This document shows, piece by piece, positions 8,982 through 18,015 of a stretch of 64,000 bases of DNA; position 1 is the stretch's first letter, and the number at the start of each line of letters is the position of its first letter. Made by a program: the position numbers and the translations under genes. Origin of the DNA: an uncultured Bdellovibrionales bacterium (GTDB lineage Bacteria; Patescibacteriota; Minisyncoccia; Moranbacterales; GWC2-37-73). The DNA lies in assembly GCA_964609855.1 (NCBI GenBank), contig CAZSTB010000006.1:365-64364 (forward strand), read 5' to 3'. The notes under the pieces are model-generated. The model was not told the DNA's origin. It did not search any database and saw only the letters and a program-made list of their open reading frames with translations.

Positions 8982-10444
8982 GGATTTTTTTGTTGTAACA
9001 TTTTATAGATGAAGATGTTTTGACCGACTTGATTTTTATTTTCAAAAACAAGTGCGGCATTTTTCTGAATAAATTTTACCATACTTTTATCAGATCTGGA
9101 AATTGACATATCATCCAGTATTATTAAAACTGAAGAATCACCCGCTATTTCTAATATCTGTGACGGTGTAAAAAGGCGCTGCGAATTTGTATAATATTCC
9201 GTTGAAAACAGCAAAGCGGAATCGTTAGGCAGTCCAGAATAGGATATGGGCAAGGCGAAATCAGATTTTCCTAAGTAGATATAATCCAAAAAGGGATATG
9301 CAGAGATAACGATATAATTTTCATTGGAGTGTGTAATGTGCTCATAAGCCGCCGAAAAATCTGGCTGCGGAGTATATGTCTCAAGAAAATAATGTGCAGA
9401 CGGCTTAAAGGTAATTGAAGCAAAGCTTATTTGATTAATAAGTAAGATTAATGTGAAAAATAGAAAAGTTAATCGGGTTTTTTCTTTAGTAAGAAAATTA
9501 ATACAATATGAAGCGTATATGAAGATTAGCGGCGAAATAAAAAAAAGATAGCGACGCTGGTTTATGAGCGAAAAAAAAGCAAAGAAAGTGATGGATAATA
9601 TGAAAATTAAAATATTTAATTTCGTTAATTGCTTTTCCTGTTGATGGTTATTTTTTAGATGCAAATACGCCCCGACTGCTGCAAGTACAAAAAATAGTCC
9701 ATAAAATTGCCACAGATAATCTACAACATAGTACTTTAAATAATTCTGATGAAAAGGCGAAAAAATCTTAATTAAAAAATTGTAGTTGAGCGCGATAAAA
9801 GAGCCGATTAGTGCGGCAAAAAGGGAGTATATATAATATGGCACCCTCTTTTTTCGATAGAAAATAAATATTAAAAATGAAATCGTAACTATTACTCCAA
9901 TATTGGATTTTGCTAGGATTGCAAAGCATAATGTTATCAGGAGCAACAGGAGCCATTTTTTATTTTGTGATTTTTCATAATACAAATAAAAAAGCTGGGC
10001 AAGTAAAAATAGGAACACGAATAGGGAATATGACCTAATCTGTCTGCTCCAGGCAATGTGCCAGTATGAAAAAGAAAGCAGAAATGCGGAAAATAAAGCA
10101 ATATTTTTATTGAAGTATGTTTTTGCAAGGAAGTAAATAACAAGAATTGAGGCAATTCCAAAAAAGGCGGCAGTAAGTCTAAAGCTTTGGATATTTTCGC
10201 CAGCTAGAAATCTCAAGCCACTCAATATGTATGGAAAAAGTACATCTTTGTATTCAATATTGCCAGACATCAGCAAGGGATAGCCGTGCTCAAAAATACT
10301 TTTTTCTTGCATCATTGTGAACCCTTCGTCAATCCATAGAGATTGTTTTCCGATGTCGTATACCCTTAAAAATGCTCCGTAGACAATTATGAAAAACAAT
10401 GAAAGAGCGTGTTTATATTTGGAGATTGTTTTAAATATAAACAT
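8978..10444 (-). CDS. ArnT/PMT (GT39/GT83)-family polytopic membrane glycosyltransferase
   Basis: 488 aa with about 11-13 TM helices. N-terminal loop with acidic residues (DEGF), as in dolichyl/undecaprenyl-phosphate-sugar transferases. ATGA stop/start overlap with 8004-8981. Confidence 0.55.
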   Translation of the reverse strand: MFIFKTISKYKHALSLFFIIVYGAFLRVYDIGKQSLWIDEGFTMMQEKSIFEHGYPLLMSGNIEYKDVLFPYILSGLRFLAGENIQSFRLTAAFFGIASILVIYFLAKTYFNKNIALFSAFLLSFSYWHIAWSRQIRSYSLFVFLFLLAQLFYLYYEKSQNKKWLLLLLITLCFAILAKSNIGVIVTISFLIFIFYRKKRVPYYIYSLFAALIGSFIALNYNFLIKIFSPFHQNYLKYYVVDYLWQFYGLFFVLAAVGAYLHLKNNHQQEKQLTKLNILIFILSITFFAFFSLINQRRYLFFISPLIFIYASYCINFLTKEKTRLTFLFFTLILLINQISFASITFKPSAHYFLETYTPQPDFSAAYEHITHSNENYIVISAYPFLDYIYLGKSDFALPISYSGLPNDSALLFSTEYYTNSQRLFTPSQILEIAGDSSVLIILDDMSISRSDKSMVKFIQKNAALVFENKNQVGQNIFIYKMLQQKNP

Positions 10445-10447
10445 AAA

Positions 10448-10978
10448 CTATGCAATGGAGTTTAACATAATCAGCTGAAATTTATAGTCATGAGTATCAA
10501 GAATTGCAAACGTCGGCGGATAATATTGATTGGCAACGTTTCCTGGATTTAGCATCTCACATTCTTTAACATTTCCATTTCGCTCGCCTTGAACTTTCTC
10601 AGTCCAAGGTTTATGTGTGTGTCCATAAAACACGTAGTCGAATTTTCCTTCCTCTGCCAAGCTCCGGGCATATTCAGGGAAATGGACAAAAGCAATTTTC
10701 TTATTGGCAATCTCAACTTCTCCATGTTTGGAAAAAATATTTATGCCTTTATATTTTCCATCGGCGAAAGGATAGTCGGCGGCATGACCCCGATCCATAT
10801 TCCCAAAGGTCCAAAAAATATCCCCTGAAAAATTTTCTTTCAGATAATCCAACGTTTCGATATCGGCAAGATCGCCGCAATGAATCAATTTTTCAACTTT
10901 ATTTTCCCTGCAATAATCCAAAACCTTTTTGAGGTTTGCGAGATTATCATGGGTGTCGGAGATGATTGCGATTAGCAT
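10448..10978 (-). CDS. YfcE/MJ0936-family metallophosphoesterase
   Basis: IISDTHDN ... HCGDL ... GHTH calcineurin-like motifs. Confidence 0.8.
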   Translation of the reverse strand: MLIAIISDTHDNLANLKKVLDYCRENKVEKLIHCGDLADIETLDYLKENFSGDIFWTFGNMDRGHAADYPFADGKYKGINIFSKHGEVEIANKKIAFVHFPEYARSLAEEGKFDYVFYGHTHKPWTEKVQGERNGNVKECEMLNPGNVANQYYPPTFAILDTHDYKFQLIMLNSIA

Positions 10979-11002
10979 ATTGTTTATTATAAGTATTTTA
11001 GC

Positions 11003-11482
11003 TTAAAGTTCTGTGATTTTATAATCTGTAATAGTATTCGAATCTTTCAAGTAAAATTTTGCTTTAAAATCTTTGCCTTGCAATATCAGTGGCAGCCAAA
11101 ATTTGTCATCGGGCCACATATTATTATACGGGATAGTATCGAAGTCAAACCATGCAGGAAGCATTTCACTTGTTTCAATGGGTTTATTTTCAAACTTCGT
11201 AACGGAATAAATGTGAACCTCAACAAGGGGTTTTCCCACAAAGGGATTTCCTGCTGGCTCAAATTTAAAAATAATCTCACCGCGCTTTTTCATGTCTAGC
11301 GGCTTGATTCCAGCTTCTTCAAAAAGTTCACGCTTAGCGGCCTGCTTAATGGATTCTCCTTTCTCAACTTTTCCACCAAAGCCGTTGAATCTATCTTTCA
11401 AGACGCCATCTTTTTTTATGCGTCCGAGTAGGATTTGCTTTTCATTGTAGACGCAGCAAAGCGTCATTATTTTTTTGCTCAT
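11003..11482 (-). CDS. NUDIX hydrolase (MutT-like)
   Basis: NUDIX box GFGGKVEKGESIKQAAKRELFEEAGI. Confidence 0.8.
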   Translation of the reverse strand: MSKKIMTLCCVYNEKQILLGRIKKDGVLKDRFNGFGGKVEKGESIKQAAKRELFEEAGIKPLDMKKRGEIIFKFEPAGNPFVGKPLVEVHIYSVTKFENKPIETSEMLPAWFDFDTIPYNNMWPDDKFWLPLILQGKDFKAKFYLKDSNTITDYKITEL

Positions 11483-11602
11483 GTTTTATGAAATCACACC
11501 GAATTAAATTCAGTAGCTGGCCCAGATAGATCCTGAAACTCGTCTTCACTTAAGTTTCGACGAGGTGATGCAAGTTCAGGATGACAAAATAAATCAATAC
11601 GA

Positions 11603-12424
11603 TTATCCGCGTATTTTTTTAATGAGTTCAATGTCTTCTTTTACAAAATCATATTCAGTTTCGCAGATCATGGTGATGTCTCTTTCTTTTGCGAAAGCCA
11701 CAATGTTTCTGAAAGCTTCTTCGCCGATCAGACCCTTGCCGAGATGTTCGTGGCGATCTTTGCGCGAACCGAATTCTGTTTTGCTGTCATTGGTGTGAAT
11801 CAGTTTTATTTTATCGAGTCCAAGTTCGGCGTCTATTCTTGCAAGGGTATTTTTAAAGTCGCGCCAATCATAACCTGATGCAAATGAATGTTGGGTGTCG
11901 ATGCAAATTCCCGTGAGTTTCGGATGATTTATTTTTTCTAAGATGTATAAGATTTCCGAAAATTTGTCCCCGATTATTTTTCCTGCTCCGGCGCAATTTT
12001 CAATCAGAAGTTCGGCGCTTCCAGTGTATCCTTCCAATGTTTTGGCGAGCATCTCAACAACTTTGTCGGAAGCTTCTCTCTCGGAAAGTGTTCCCGCACT
12101 TCCAAGATGGGTCATGACATATTTAGCACCAAGAAGACTCGCTCTTTCAAGTTCATCTCGAACCACACTGACACTTCCATGACGGATACGATTATTTTCG
12201 GATGCGAAATTTATATAGTAGGGAGTGTGGACCACGACTTCTTTAATTTTAAATTTTAAATTTGAAATTTTAAATTTATGACAGATCTCATCTGTCAGGG
12301 TTAGTGCTTTTCCTCCTTGTGGCGACCGCGTGAAAATCTGCATGGCTTCGCAGCCGAGTTCAGCGGCTCTTTCAGGGGCATTAAAAACTCCTCCAGCAAT
12401 TGAAACGTGACAACCTATGTACAT
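11603..12424 (-). CDS. nfo: deoxyribonuclease IV (endonuclease IV, AP endonuclease family 2)
   Basis: Full-length similarity pattern: MYIGCHVSIAGG...HxxY...metal ligands. TIM-barrel AP endonuclease 2. Confidence 0.85.
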   Translation of the reverse strand: MYIGCHVSIAGGVFNAPERAAELGCEAMQIFTRSPQGGKALTLTDEICHKFKISNLKFKIKEVVVHTPYYINFASENNRIRHGSVSVVRDELERASLLGAKYVMTHLGSAGTLSEREASDKVVEMLAKTLEGYTGSAELLIENCAGAGKIIGDKFSEILYILEKINHPKLTGICIDTQHSFASGYDWRDFKNTLARIDAELGLDKIKLIHTNDSKTEFGSRKDRHEHLGKGLIGEEAFRNIVAFAKERDITMICETEYDFVKEDIELIKKIRG

Positions 12425-12585
12425 AAATTTCTAATTTCCAATTTCCAATTTCTAATCAATGACTAATGTCTTAATATTCAAACATTAAATCATTAAAAAT
12501 TCAATCAAAATTCGAAATTCATAATTCAAAATTAAGACTTTCTTATCCTATTATACTTTATACGCAATGTAATGAACAATTTATG

Positions 12586-12660
12586 TTGGACAAGCGCCAA
12601 AAAATGTGCTATAATAGATAAGTAATAAGAAACGGGTGATTTTGCCCGTTTCTTTTCTTT
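12586..12660 (+). promoter_or_regulatory. promoter TTGGACA-N18-TGCTATAAT followed by leader hairpin AAACGGG/CCCGTTT plus U-tract
   Basis: Extended -10 TGCTATAAT at 12607-12615. GC hairpin at 12630-12650 followed by a T-run, ending about 15 nt before the ATG of 12675. Confidence 0.5.
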
Positions 12661-12674
12661 TTTAAAACAAAAAA

Positions 12675-13397
12675 ATGGAACTGAGTTACCAAAAAGAGGA
12701 TACAATCGTAATGAGTGATTTTCATTTAGGCTCTCGTAATAGTAAATCTAAAGAAATCGCAAGATTCCTAAATGAGCTCTTAAAAAAACCACTAAACAGG
12801 TTGGTTTTAGCAGGGGATATGTTTGAGTTTTGGAGTGCAAGCTATAAAAATATCGGAATCGAAGAGCATCGGATAATTAAGCTTATTGCGCAGCTCTCGG
12901 AAAATGGAACTAAGATAGTCTATATCCCGGGAAATCACGACAGGGCTTTCAGGGCTTTCCCGAAACTCACCTTTGGCCGTGTAAAGATGCGCAACGAATA
13001 TATTATCAAGCACGATCATAAGAAATACTTAGTGATGCACGGAGACGAATTCGACGCTTTCACGAGAAATCATGCGGTTGTTTCCATTTTAATAGACCAG
13101 CTGTATGTTTTTTTAATCAGAATAAACTCATTTTTGAGAACTTATTCTCGTTCAAAAAAATCACTTTCGGCGCTTAAACATTCGAGAACATACGCTGAAA
13201 CAGTGGAAAAAATTCGAAGTTTGGCAATTTCTTATGCGCGTTCAAGAAAATTAGACGGAATTATTATTGGTCACAGTCATTGGCCGGAACTTGTGCACGA
13301 AGCTGACGGTGTCATGTATGCAAATGCAGGCGACTGGATTGAGAGTTGCAGCTATGTGGTTATTGGCGACAATATAAGATTGGAATACTTTAAATAA
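12675..13397 (+). CDS. LpxH-like metallophosphoesterase (UDP-2,3-diacylglucosamine hydrolase family)
   Basis: VMSDFHLG ... LAGDMFEFW ... GNHD ... GHSH motifs of the calcineurin-like LpxH subfamily. Confidence 0.6.
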   Translation: MELSYQKEDTIVMSDFHLGSRNSKSKEIARFLNELLKKPLNRLVLAGDMFEFWSASYKNIGIEEHRIIKLIAQLSENGTKIVYIPGNHDRAFRAFPKLTFGRVKMRNEYIIKHDHKKYLVMHGDEFDAFTRNHAVVSILIDQLYVFLIRINSFLRTYSRSKKSLSALKHSRTYAETVEKIRSLAISYARSRKLDGIIIGHSHWPELVHEADGVMYANAGDWIESCSYVVIGDNIRLEYFK

Positions 13398-13490
13398 TAA
13401 TAGCAGCAAATTTTTAATTTTTAATTTACAATTTTAAATCAATTTATAATTTCTCAATTTATAAATGTTTAAACATTTGTTGATTAAGAT

Positions 13491-13633
13491 TTTATTGTCG
13501 AACGAAGTCGAGCGAAACGAAAATGATTTTTGTTTCCGAGCGAGTGATGACATCAAAAGGTTTAATACCTCGTGGCTTGCCGCGGAAACCCAAAGGGTTC
13601 GGGGCTTGCCCCGGGGTTAATACCTTTTATTTT
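13491..13633 (+). repeat. structured intergenic repeat / candidate ncRNA, copy A
   Basis: About 90% identical to 60682-60824. Two hairpins with compensatory changes between copies. Ends in AATACCTTTTATTT. Confidence 0.7.
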
Positions 13634-13663
13634 AAATTTCAAATTTCAAATTAAAAATTTATT

Positions 13664-14623
13664 TTAAACTATTTCCCAGCCACTGTCGGTTTCAATGATT
13701 TTTCCTTTTACTTCAAATCCGCTGGCAAGTTTATGCCCGCCGCCGCCAAAAAGGTGAGCTATTTCACTAACATCGACTCCTTTGTATTCCTCGCTTCGCA
13801 GCGAGCCTTTGATGACGCCGTTTTCGCGTTCTGAAAGTACGAGCGAAAATTTTGTGCCTGGCACGGTATTTAAAATTGAAGCAACTTGGCCGATGTCGTC
13901 AGTTGTGGCGCTGCATTCTTCGATATCCGCTTCGGTGAGCACCGTTGTAATCAGTCCATTTTTTGGATTGATTTTGGCTTTCTCAAAAGCGCGACCCCAT
14001 AATTTTAAGGTGGAAAGTTTTTTGTTGGCAAAGGTTGCTTCAATAATTTTAGAAACCGAGGCGCCTTTTTTCATTAAATCTGAAGATATTTCCATTACGC
14101 GACTTGAAGTGTTGGCATGCTGAAAATTCCCGGTGTCGGAAAGTATTCCGATCATTAAATAGGTAGCTATACTTTTTGAAATGCGCGCCTCCTGAGCCGC
14201 TAAGTATTCATAAATCAGTTCGCATGTAGAGGAACATTTAGCATCAATAATCACCACATCAGCTTTAATTGTAATGTCGGGATGATGATCAATGATAACC
14301 GTAACAGTTTCTTTTTTTAAATCGGGCAGAGTTTTTTGAAAGCCGCGCTCCACGCTGTCGCATCCGATTGCTGCATCGTATTGAGTCAAATCCAGCTTGC
14401 TTGGCAAATGGAATTCATGGTTGGTTAATTTTTCCATAAAATTCGGAAGCGGATCCAAGCATGCGATATCTGCCTCAATGCCAATAGAGTTGAGATATTC
14501 TTTGAATGCTAAAACACTCCCAGCAGTATCGCCGTCAGGACCAGAATGTGCAAAGAGCAAAATCTTTTTTGATTTGCTGATTACGTAGGCAAGCGTATTA
14601 AATTCTTGAGTGAAATCTTTCAT
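13664..14623 (-). CDS. nrnA: DHH-family phosphoesterase NrnA (oligoribonuclease/pAp phosphatase)
   Basis: Motifs HSGPDGDTAGS, DHHPD, and GGGGHKLASG (DHHA1). Confidence 0.8.
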   Translation of the reverse strand: MKDFTQEFNTLAYVISKSKKILLFAHSGPDGDTAGSVLAFKEYLNSIGIEADIACLDPLPNFMEKLTNHEFHLPSKLDLTQYDAAIGCDSVERGFQKTLPDLKKETVTVIIDHHPDITIKADVVIIDAKCSSTCELIYEYLAAQEARISKSIATYLMIGILSDTGNFQHANTSSRVMEISSDLMKKGASVSKIIEATFANKKLSTLKLWGRAFEKAKINPKNGLITTVLTEADIEECSATTDDIGQVASILNTVPGTKFSLVLSERENGVIKGSLRSEEYKGVDVSEIAHLFGGGGHKLASGFEVKGKIIETDSGWEIV

Positions 14624-14732
14624 GCAAGGTAGGCTAAACTGTGAAATAAAATGGAGAATCTAGGTTGGGCTTAAAAAAACTTAAACCCGCTAAGGTTTAA
14701 GAAGTTTTAAAAGAAAGTATTTTGTTTTGATG

Positions 14733-15062
14733 CTAAATTTGCGTAAGAATTTTTTCAATCTTATCCGCTTCTTCCTCAGTTGAATCAAGAAGAAATTCTA
14801 AACGTGGAAGAGGTCTCATTTTTAGTTTTTTGTTTAAAACCCCTTGAATGACGTAGACTTCTTTAGCAAGAGTTTTCATCGCATAATCCGCTTCCTTGTA
14901 TGGGAAAACACTTATGGATACTCGAGTATATCGAAGATCACTAGTCGTGTCAACCTTTGAAATACTAAGGAATAGCCCAGGTTTAATACTTAGCTCACGA
15001 GCTAAAATTTCACCTAAGTGCTGCTTGATAAGTTTATTGATTTTTAATACTCGTTCAGACAC
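14733..15062 (-). CDS. rbfA: ribosome-binding factor A
   Basis: 109 aa KH-like. Immediately downstream of infB on the same strand. Confidence 0.7.
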   Translation of the reverse strand: MSERVLKINKLIKQHLGEILARELSIKPGLFLSISKVDTTSDLRYTRVSISVFPYKEADYAMKTLAKEVYVIQGVLNKKLKMRPLPRLEFLLDSTEEEADKIEKILTQI

Positions 15063-15191
15063 AGGTTTAAAAATTTTTAATTTTCAATTTCTAATTTTTA
15101 AACAATTCCCAATGACTAAATGTTTTAAGCATTGGAAGTTTTGAAAATTGAATAATGGTTTGAAAATTGAAAATTGTGAATTGAAAATTAT
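15063..15191. repeat. AT-rich spacer with AATTTTC/GAAAATT heptamer repeats and an imperfect CCAATG...CATTGG palindrome
   Basis: Direct inspection: GAAAATTGAAAATTG..., CCAATGACTAAATGTTTTAAGCATTGG. Confidence 0.5.
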
Positions 15192-16973
15192 TTAAAGCGT
15201 TCTTTTCTTCTCTTCTTCGGTATATGCCATCAAAGTGTCGCCAACTTTGATTTTTGTATCTCCCTCGAAAACAACGCCGCATTCGTTACCTTTTCCAACT
15301 TCGGCGGTAACTTTCTTATCTTGTTGCAAGGCCTCAAGTTTTCCTTTGCCGATAATTTCGCCATCTCTTCGGATTTCAATCTGTGCTCCCTTGATAATCT
15401 TTCCTTCGGTTACTCTTCCTCCGACGATCATGTCACGCTTTCCGGTTTTGAAGATAGCTAAGACATTAACCATTCCATGGTCGGTGCGTACAATTTCTGG
15501 TGGCAACATGTCAACGATGGTTTTTTTGACTTCATCAACCAATTCATAAATGATTTTAAAAGTTTTTATTTTCACCCCGCTAGATTCCGCTAGGCGCTTA
15601 GCAACAGTGGTGGTTTCTACATTGAATCCAAGCACGATTGCTTGCGATGGCGCACCGACTTTAATGTCAGATTCTGTGATGTTTCCGATGCCAGTTTCTA
15701 CGTAGTTTACAATAACTTCATCAGTTTTGATAGTAGAAATGATCTGTTCGATTGCTTCAAGCGATCCTTGAACATCAGCTTTGAGAATAAGATTAAGCTT
15801 TTGAATCTTGTCTTCCTCCATGATGCGCATGAGTTTTTGAGAAGTAACCTTTTCTTTTCTCTCAATAAGTCCGCCTGAGAATTCCTTTGATTTTAAACGA
15901 GCCATTGATTTTCCGCTCACAACTTGCAGTACGTCGTTGGAGTTTGGGGTCCCATTGAGCCCCATAATCGTAATCGGAGTTGAGGGGCCGGCAGTTACTA
16001 AACTTCTGCCTGTGAAATCTTCAATTTTGCGGATACGACCATAGATAGTGCCGACTGTAACATCTTGACCGACTTTAAGTGTTCCTGTTTTAACCAAAAC
16101 GGTTGCAACTGGTCCTTTTTGTGGATCAAGGTTGGATTCAAGAACAATACCGAAGCCGTCGCGCTTGTCATCAGCTTTGAAATCCTCAACTTCAGCAACT
16201 AAAAGGATGCTTTCCAAAAGAGAGTCGATGCCTATGTTCTGTTTAGCGCTGATTTCTACGGCAATCACATCTCCACCCCATTGTTCAATTAAAATTCCAT
16301 TGTCAGCCAATTCTTGCTTTACTCTAGCTGGATTTGCATCTGGCTTATCAATTTTGTTGATTGCTACAACGGTTGGAATCTTTTTGTCTTTAAGATATTC
16401 AATAACTTCTTTAGTTTGAGGACGCACGCCGTCATCTGCTGCTACAACCAGGACTGCAACGTCAGCAATGCTCACTCCGCGTTCGCGCATTCCTGAAAAA
16501 GCCTCATGTCCAGGTGTGTCAATAAAGGTGATCAGCTTACCTTTCTTTTTCACTTGATAGGCGCTGATTGCTTGTGTTATCCCTCCGGCTTCCTTGGCAG
16601 CAACAGTGGCTTTTCTGATTGTGTCTAAAAGTGTTGTTTTTCCGTGATCAACGTGACCCAGGATAGTAACAACTGGTGGGCGAGGTCGCAGATTTTTGCC
16701 TGATTCCTTTTCTTTCTTGCAGATTTCAATCAATTTTTCCACAGTAATGGTTTCACTATCTTCTACCATCAAGTCTGCTTCAGTTTCAAAACCCAAATCT
16801 TGAGCAATTATGGCCGCGGTGTCAAAATCAATTTCCTCGTTGATTGTGGCTAGAATGTTGTTTTTTAGTAGCTCTGTAATCACATGAGAAACTGGCAAGC
16901 CCAAAAGCTCAGAAAATTTCTTTACCGTGACGCTTGTTGGAACTTTTATGATTTTTTTCGCTGGCTCTGTCAT
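15192..16973 (-). CDS. infB: translation initiation factor IF-2 (short form lacking N-terminal extension)
   Basis: G-domain [19 protein letters not shown]-terminal beta-barrels. Confidence 0.9.
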   Translation of the reverse strand: MTEPAKKIIKVPTSVTVKKFSELLGLPVSHVITELLKNNILATINEEIDFDTAAIIAQDLGFETEADLMVEDSETITVEKLIEICKKEKESGKNLRPRPPVVTILGHVDHGKTTLLDTIRKATVAAKEAGGITQAISAYQVKKKGKLITFIDTPGHEAFSGMRERGVSIADVAVLVVAADDGVRPQTKEVIEYLKDKKIPTVVAINKIDKPDANPARVKQELADNGILIEQWGGDVIAVEISAKQNIGIDSLLESILLVAEVEDFKADDKRDGFGIVLESNLDPQKGPVATVLVKTGTLKVGQDVTVGTIYGRIRKIEDFTGRSLVTAGPSTPITIMGLNGTPNSNDVLQVVSGKSMARLKSKEFSGGLIERKEKVTSQKLMRIMEEDKIQKLNLILKADVQGSLEAIEQIISTIKTDEVIVNYVETGIGNITESDIKVGAPSQAIVLGFNVETTTVAKRLAESSGVKIKTFKIIYELVDEVKKTIVDMLPPEIVRTDHGMVNVLAIFKTGKRDMIVGGRVTEGKIIKGAQIEIRRDGEIIGKGKLEALQQDKKVTAEVGKGNECGVVFEGDTKIKVGDTLMAYTEEEKKRTL

Positions 16974-17013
16974 GATATGTTTGCTATTTAAGAATAAATA
17001 CTTGTATGGAGAA

Positions 17014-17517
17014 TTATAATTTCACTGGCTTTATTGTTTGGGCACTTTTGATGGCTTGTTTCTCTTCTTCGGTAAGGGTATATTTTTCAGATGCGCCTTT
17101 TGTGATTGGTTTTGAATAAATTCTGGTCCCTTCACGTGTGTGGAGCGATGAAATAACTATTCCCGCATCCTTACCGTCCAGCAGTGCTAATGCAAAACTT
17201 TGATCCCCGCCGATATCCTTAAAGGGGTTAAAGCGGATGATGCCAACTTTATGGATGCTGCGAAGTGTGAGGGCGTGTACTTTATTTAAAATTTCGAATA
17301 ATTCTTGGATTTCAGTGTCTAGCTCGGTAATTTGGCCTGCATGAGCCAAAAGAATGGATTCCAAATCTTTCGCTTCATTCCCACTAAATAAAACTTTCAT
17401 GTTCGCTTCCATCTTTCTTTGGCGAGAAGCGGTTAAAAGAGTCGAAATTAGACCGAGTGTCGCTAAAAAAACTCCAAAAATTGAAAGATAAAGCGTAATT
17501 TGTGATGTCTGTAACAT
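17014..17517 (-). CDS. hypothetical membrane-anchored protein (DUF4446-like?)
   Basis: N-terminal TM helix followed by a soluble domain. No catalytic motif. Confidence 0.4.
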   Translation of the reverse strand: MLQTSQITLYLSIFGVFLATLGLISTLLTASRQRKMEANMKVLFSGNEAKDLESILLAHAGQITELDTEIQELFEILNKVHALTLRSIHKVGIIRFNPFKDIGGDQSFALALLDGKDAGIVISSLHTREGTRIYSKPITKGASEKYTLTEEEKQAIKSAQTIKPVKL

Positions 17518-17719
17518 ATTGCAGTGTTATTTATGCGATATGTTTCTCATCGTAGCATCTATTTTGCTTTGTGTAAAGAAAAAAACAAGCCTAACGCCAG
17601 TTTCCACGTTATATCATAAAGTAAGAAATTCACACTCTTACGTGTTACAAATGAATCCCGCCTTCGCTCTATTTTCAGCGGACTTTGTCCGCCGAAGCCG
17701 AGCTATGGCGAGGCGAAGG

Positions 17720-17808
17720 CGGAAGGCACAGGATTTGAACCTGTGAAGAGATTTCTCCCTTACCGCATTTCGAGTGCGGCGCATTCGACCGGGCTCTGCC
17801 AGCCTTCC
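17720..17808 (-). tRNA. tRNA-Ser (CGA)
   Basis: Reverse complement folds as acceptor GGAAGGC/GCCTTCC, D-stem GCA/TGC, anticodon loop CTCGAAA, long variable arm, T-arm ACAGG-TTCAAAT-CCTGT. Confidence 0.8.
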
Positions 17809-17859
17809 CTGATAATCATTTAATCATGAAAACAGATAATCAGACAAATATGTGATCGT

Positions 17860-17945
17860 GTAATCATTTAAACATTTAAACACGCAATCATTTAAACATT
17901 TAAGTGCTTACTGCCGAATGATTAAATGTTTTAATGATTGGATGA
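17860..17945. repeat. cluster of AATCATTTAAACATTTAA direct repeats (x2) plus inverted copy
   Basis: 17866-17883 and 17890-17907 are direct copies. 17919-17940 is an inverted copy AATGATTAAATGTTTTAATGATT. Confidence 0.5.
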
Positions 17946-18015
17946 CCCATTCCTCTTTGTTGTTTTTGGGTTTTTGTTGTAAACTATAGAAGTACGATTC
18001 TATAAAAAAAATACT

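Noticed and set aside
12233-12280. AATTTTAAATTTTAAATTTGAAATTTTAAATTT tandem repeat as an intergenic element
   Set aside because: It lies inside the nfo coding sequence (encoding a KFKI repeat) and is in-frame protein sequence, not a spacer repeat.
17519-17746. 75-aa plus-strand ORF
   Set aside because: It overlaps the minus-strand tRNA-Ser(CGA) and an AT-rich spacer. No coding signal.
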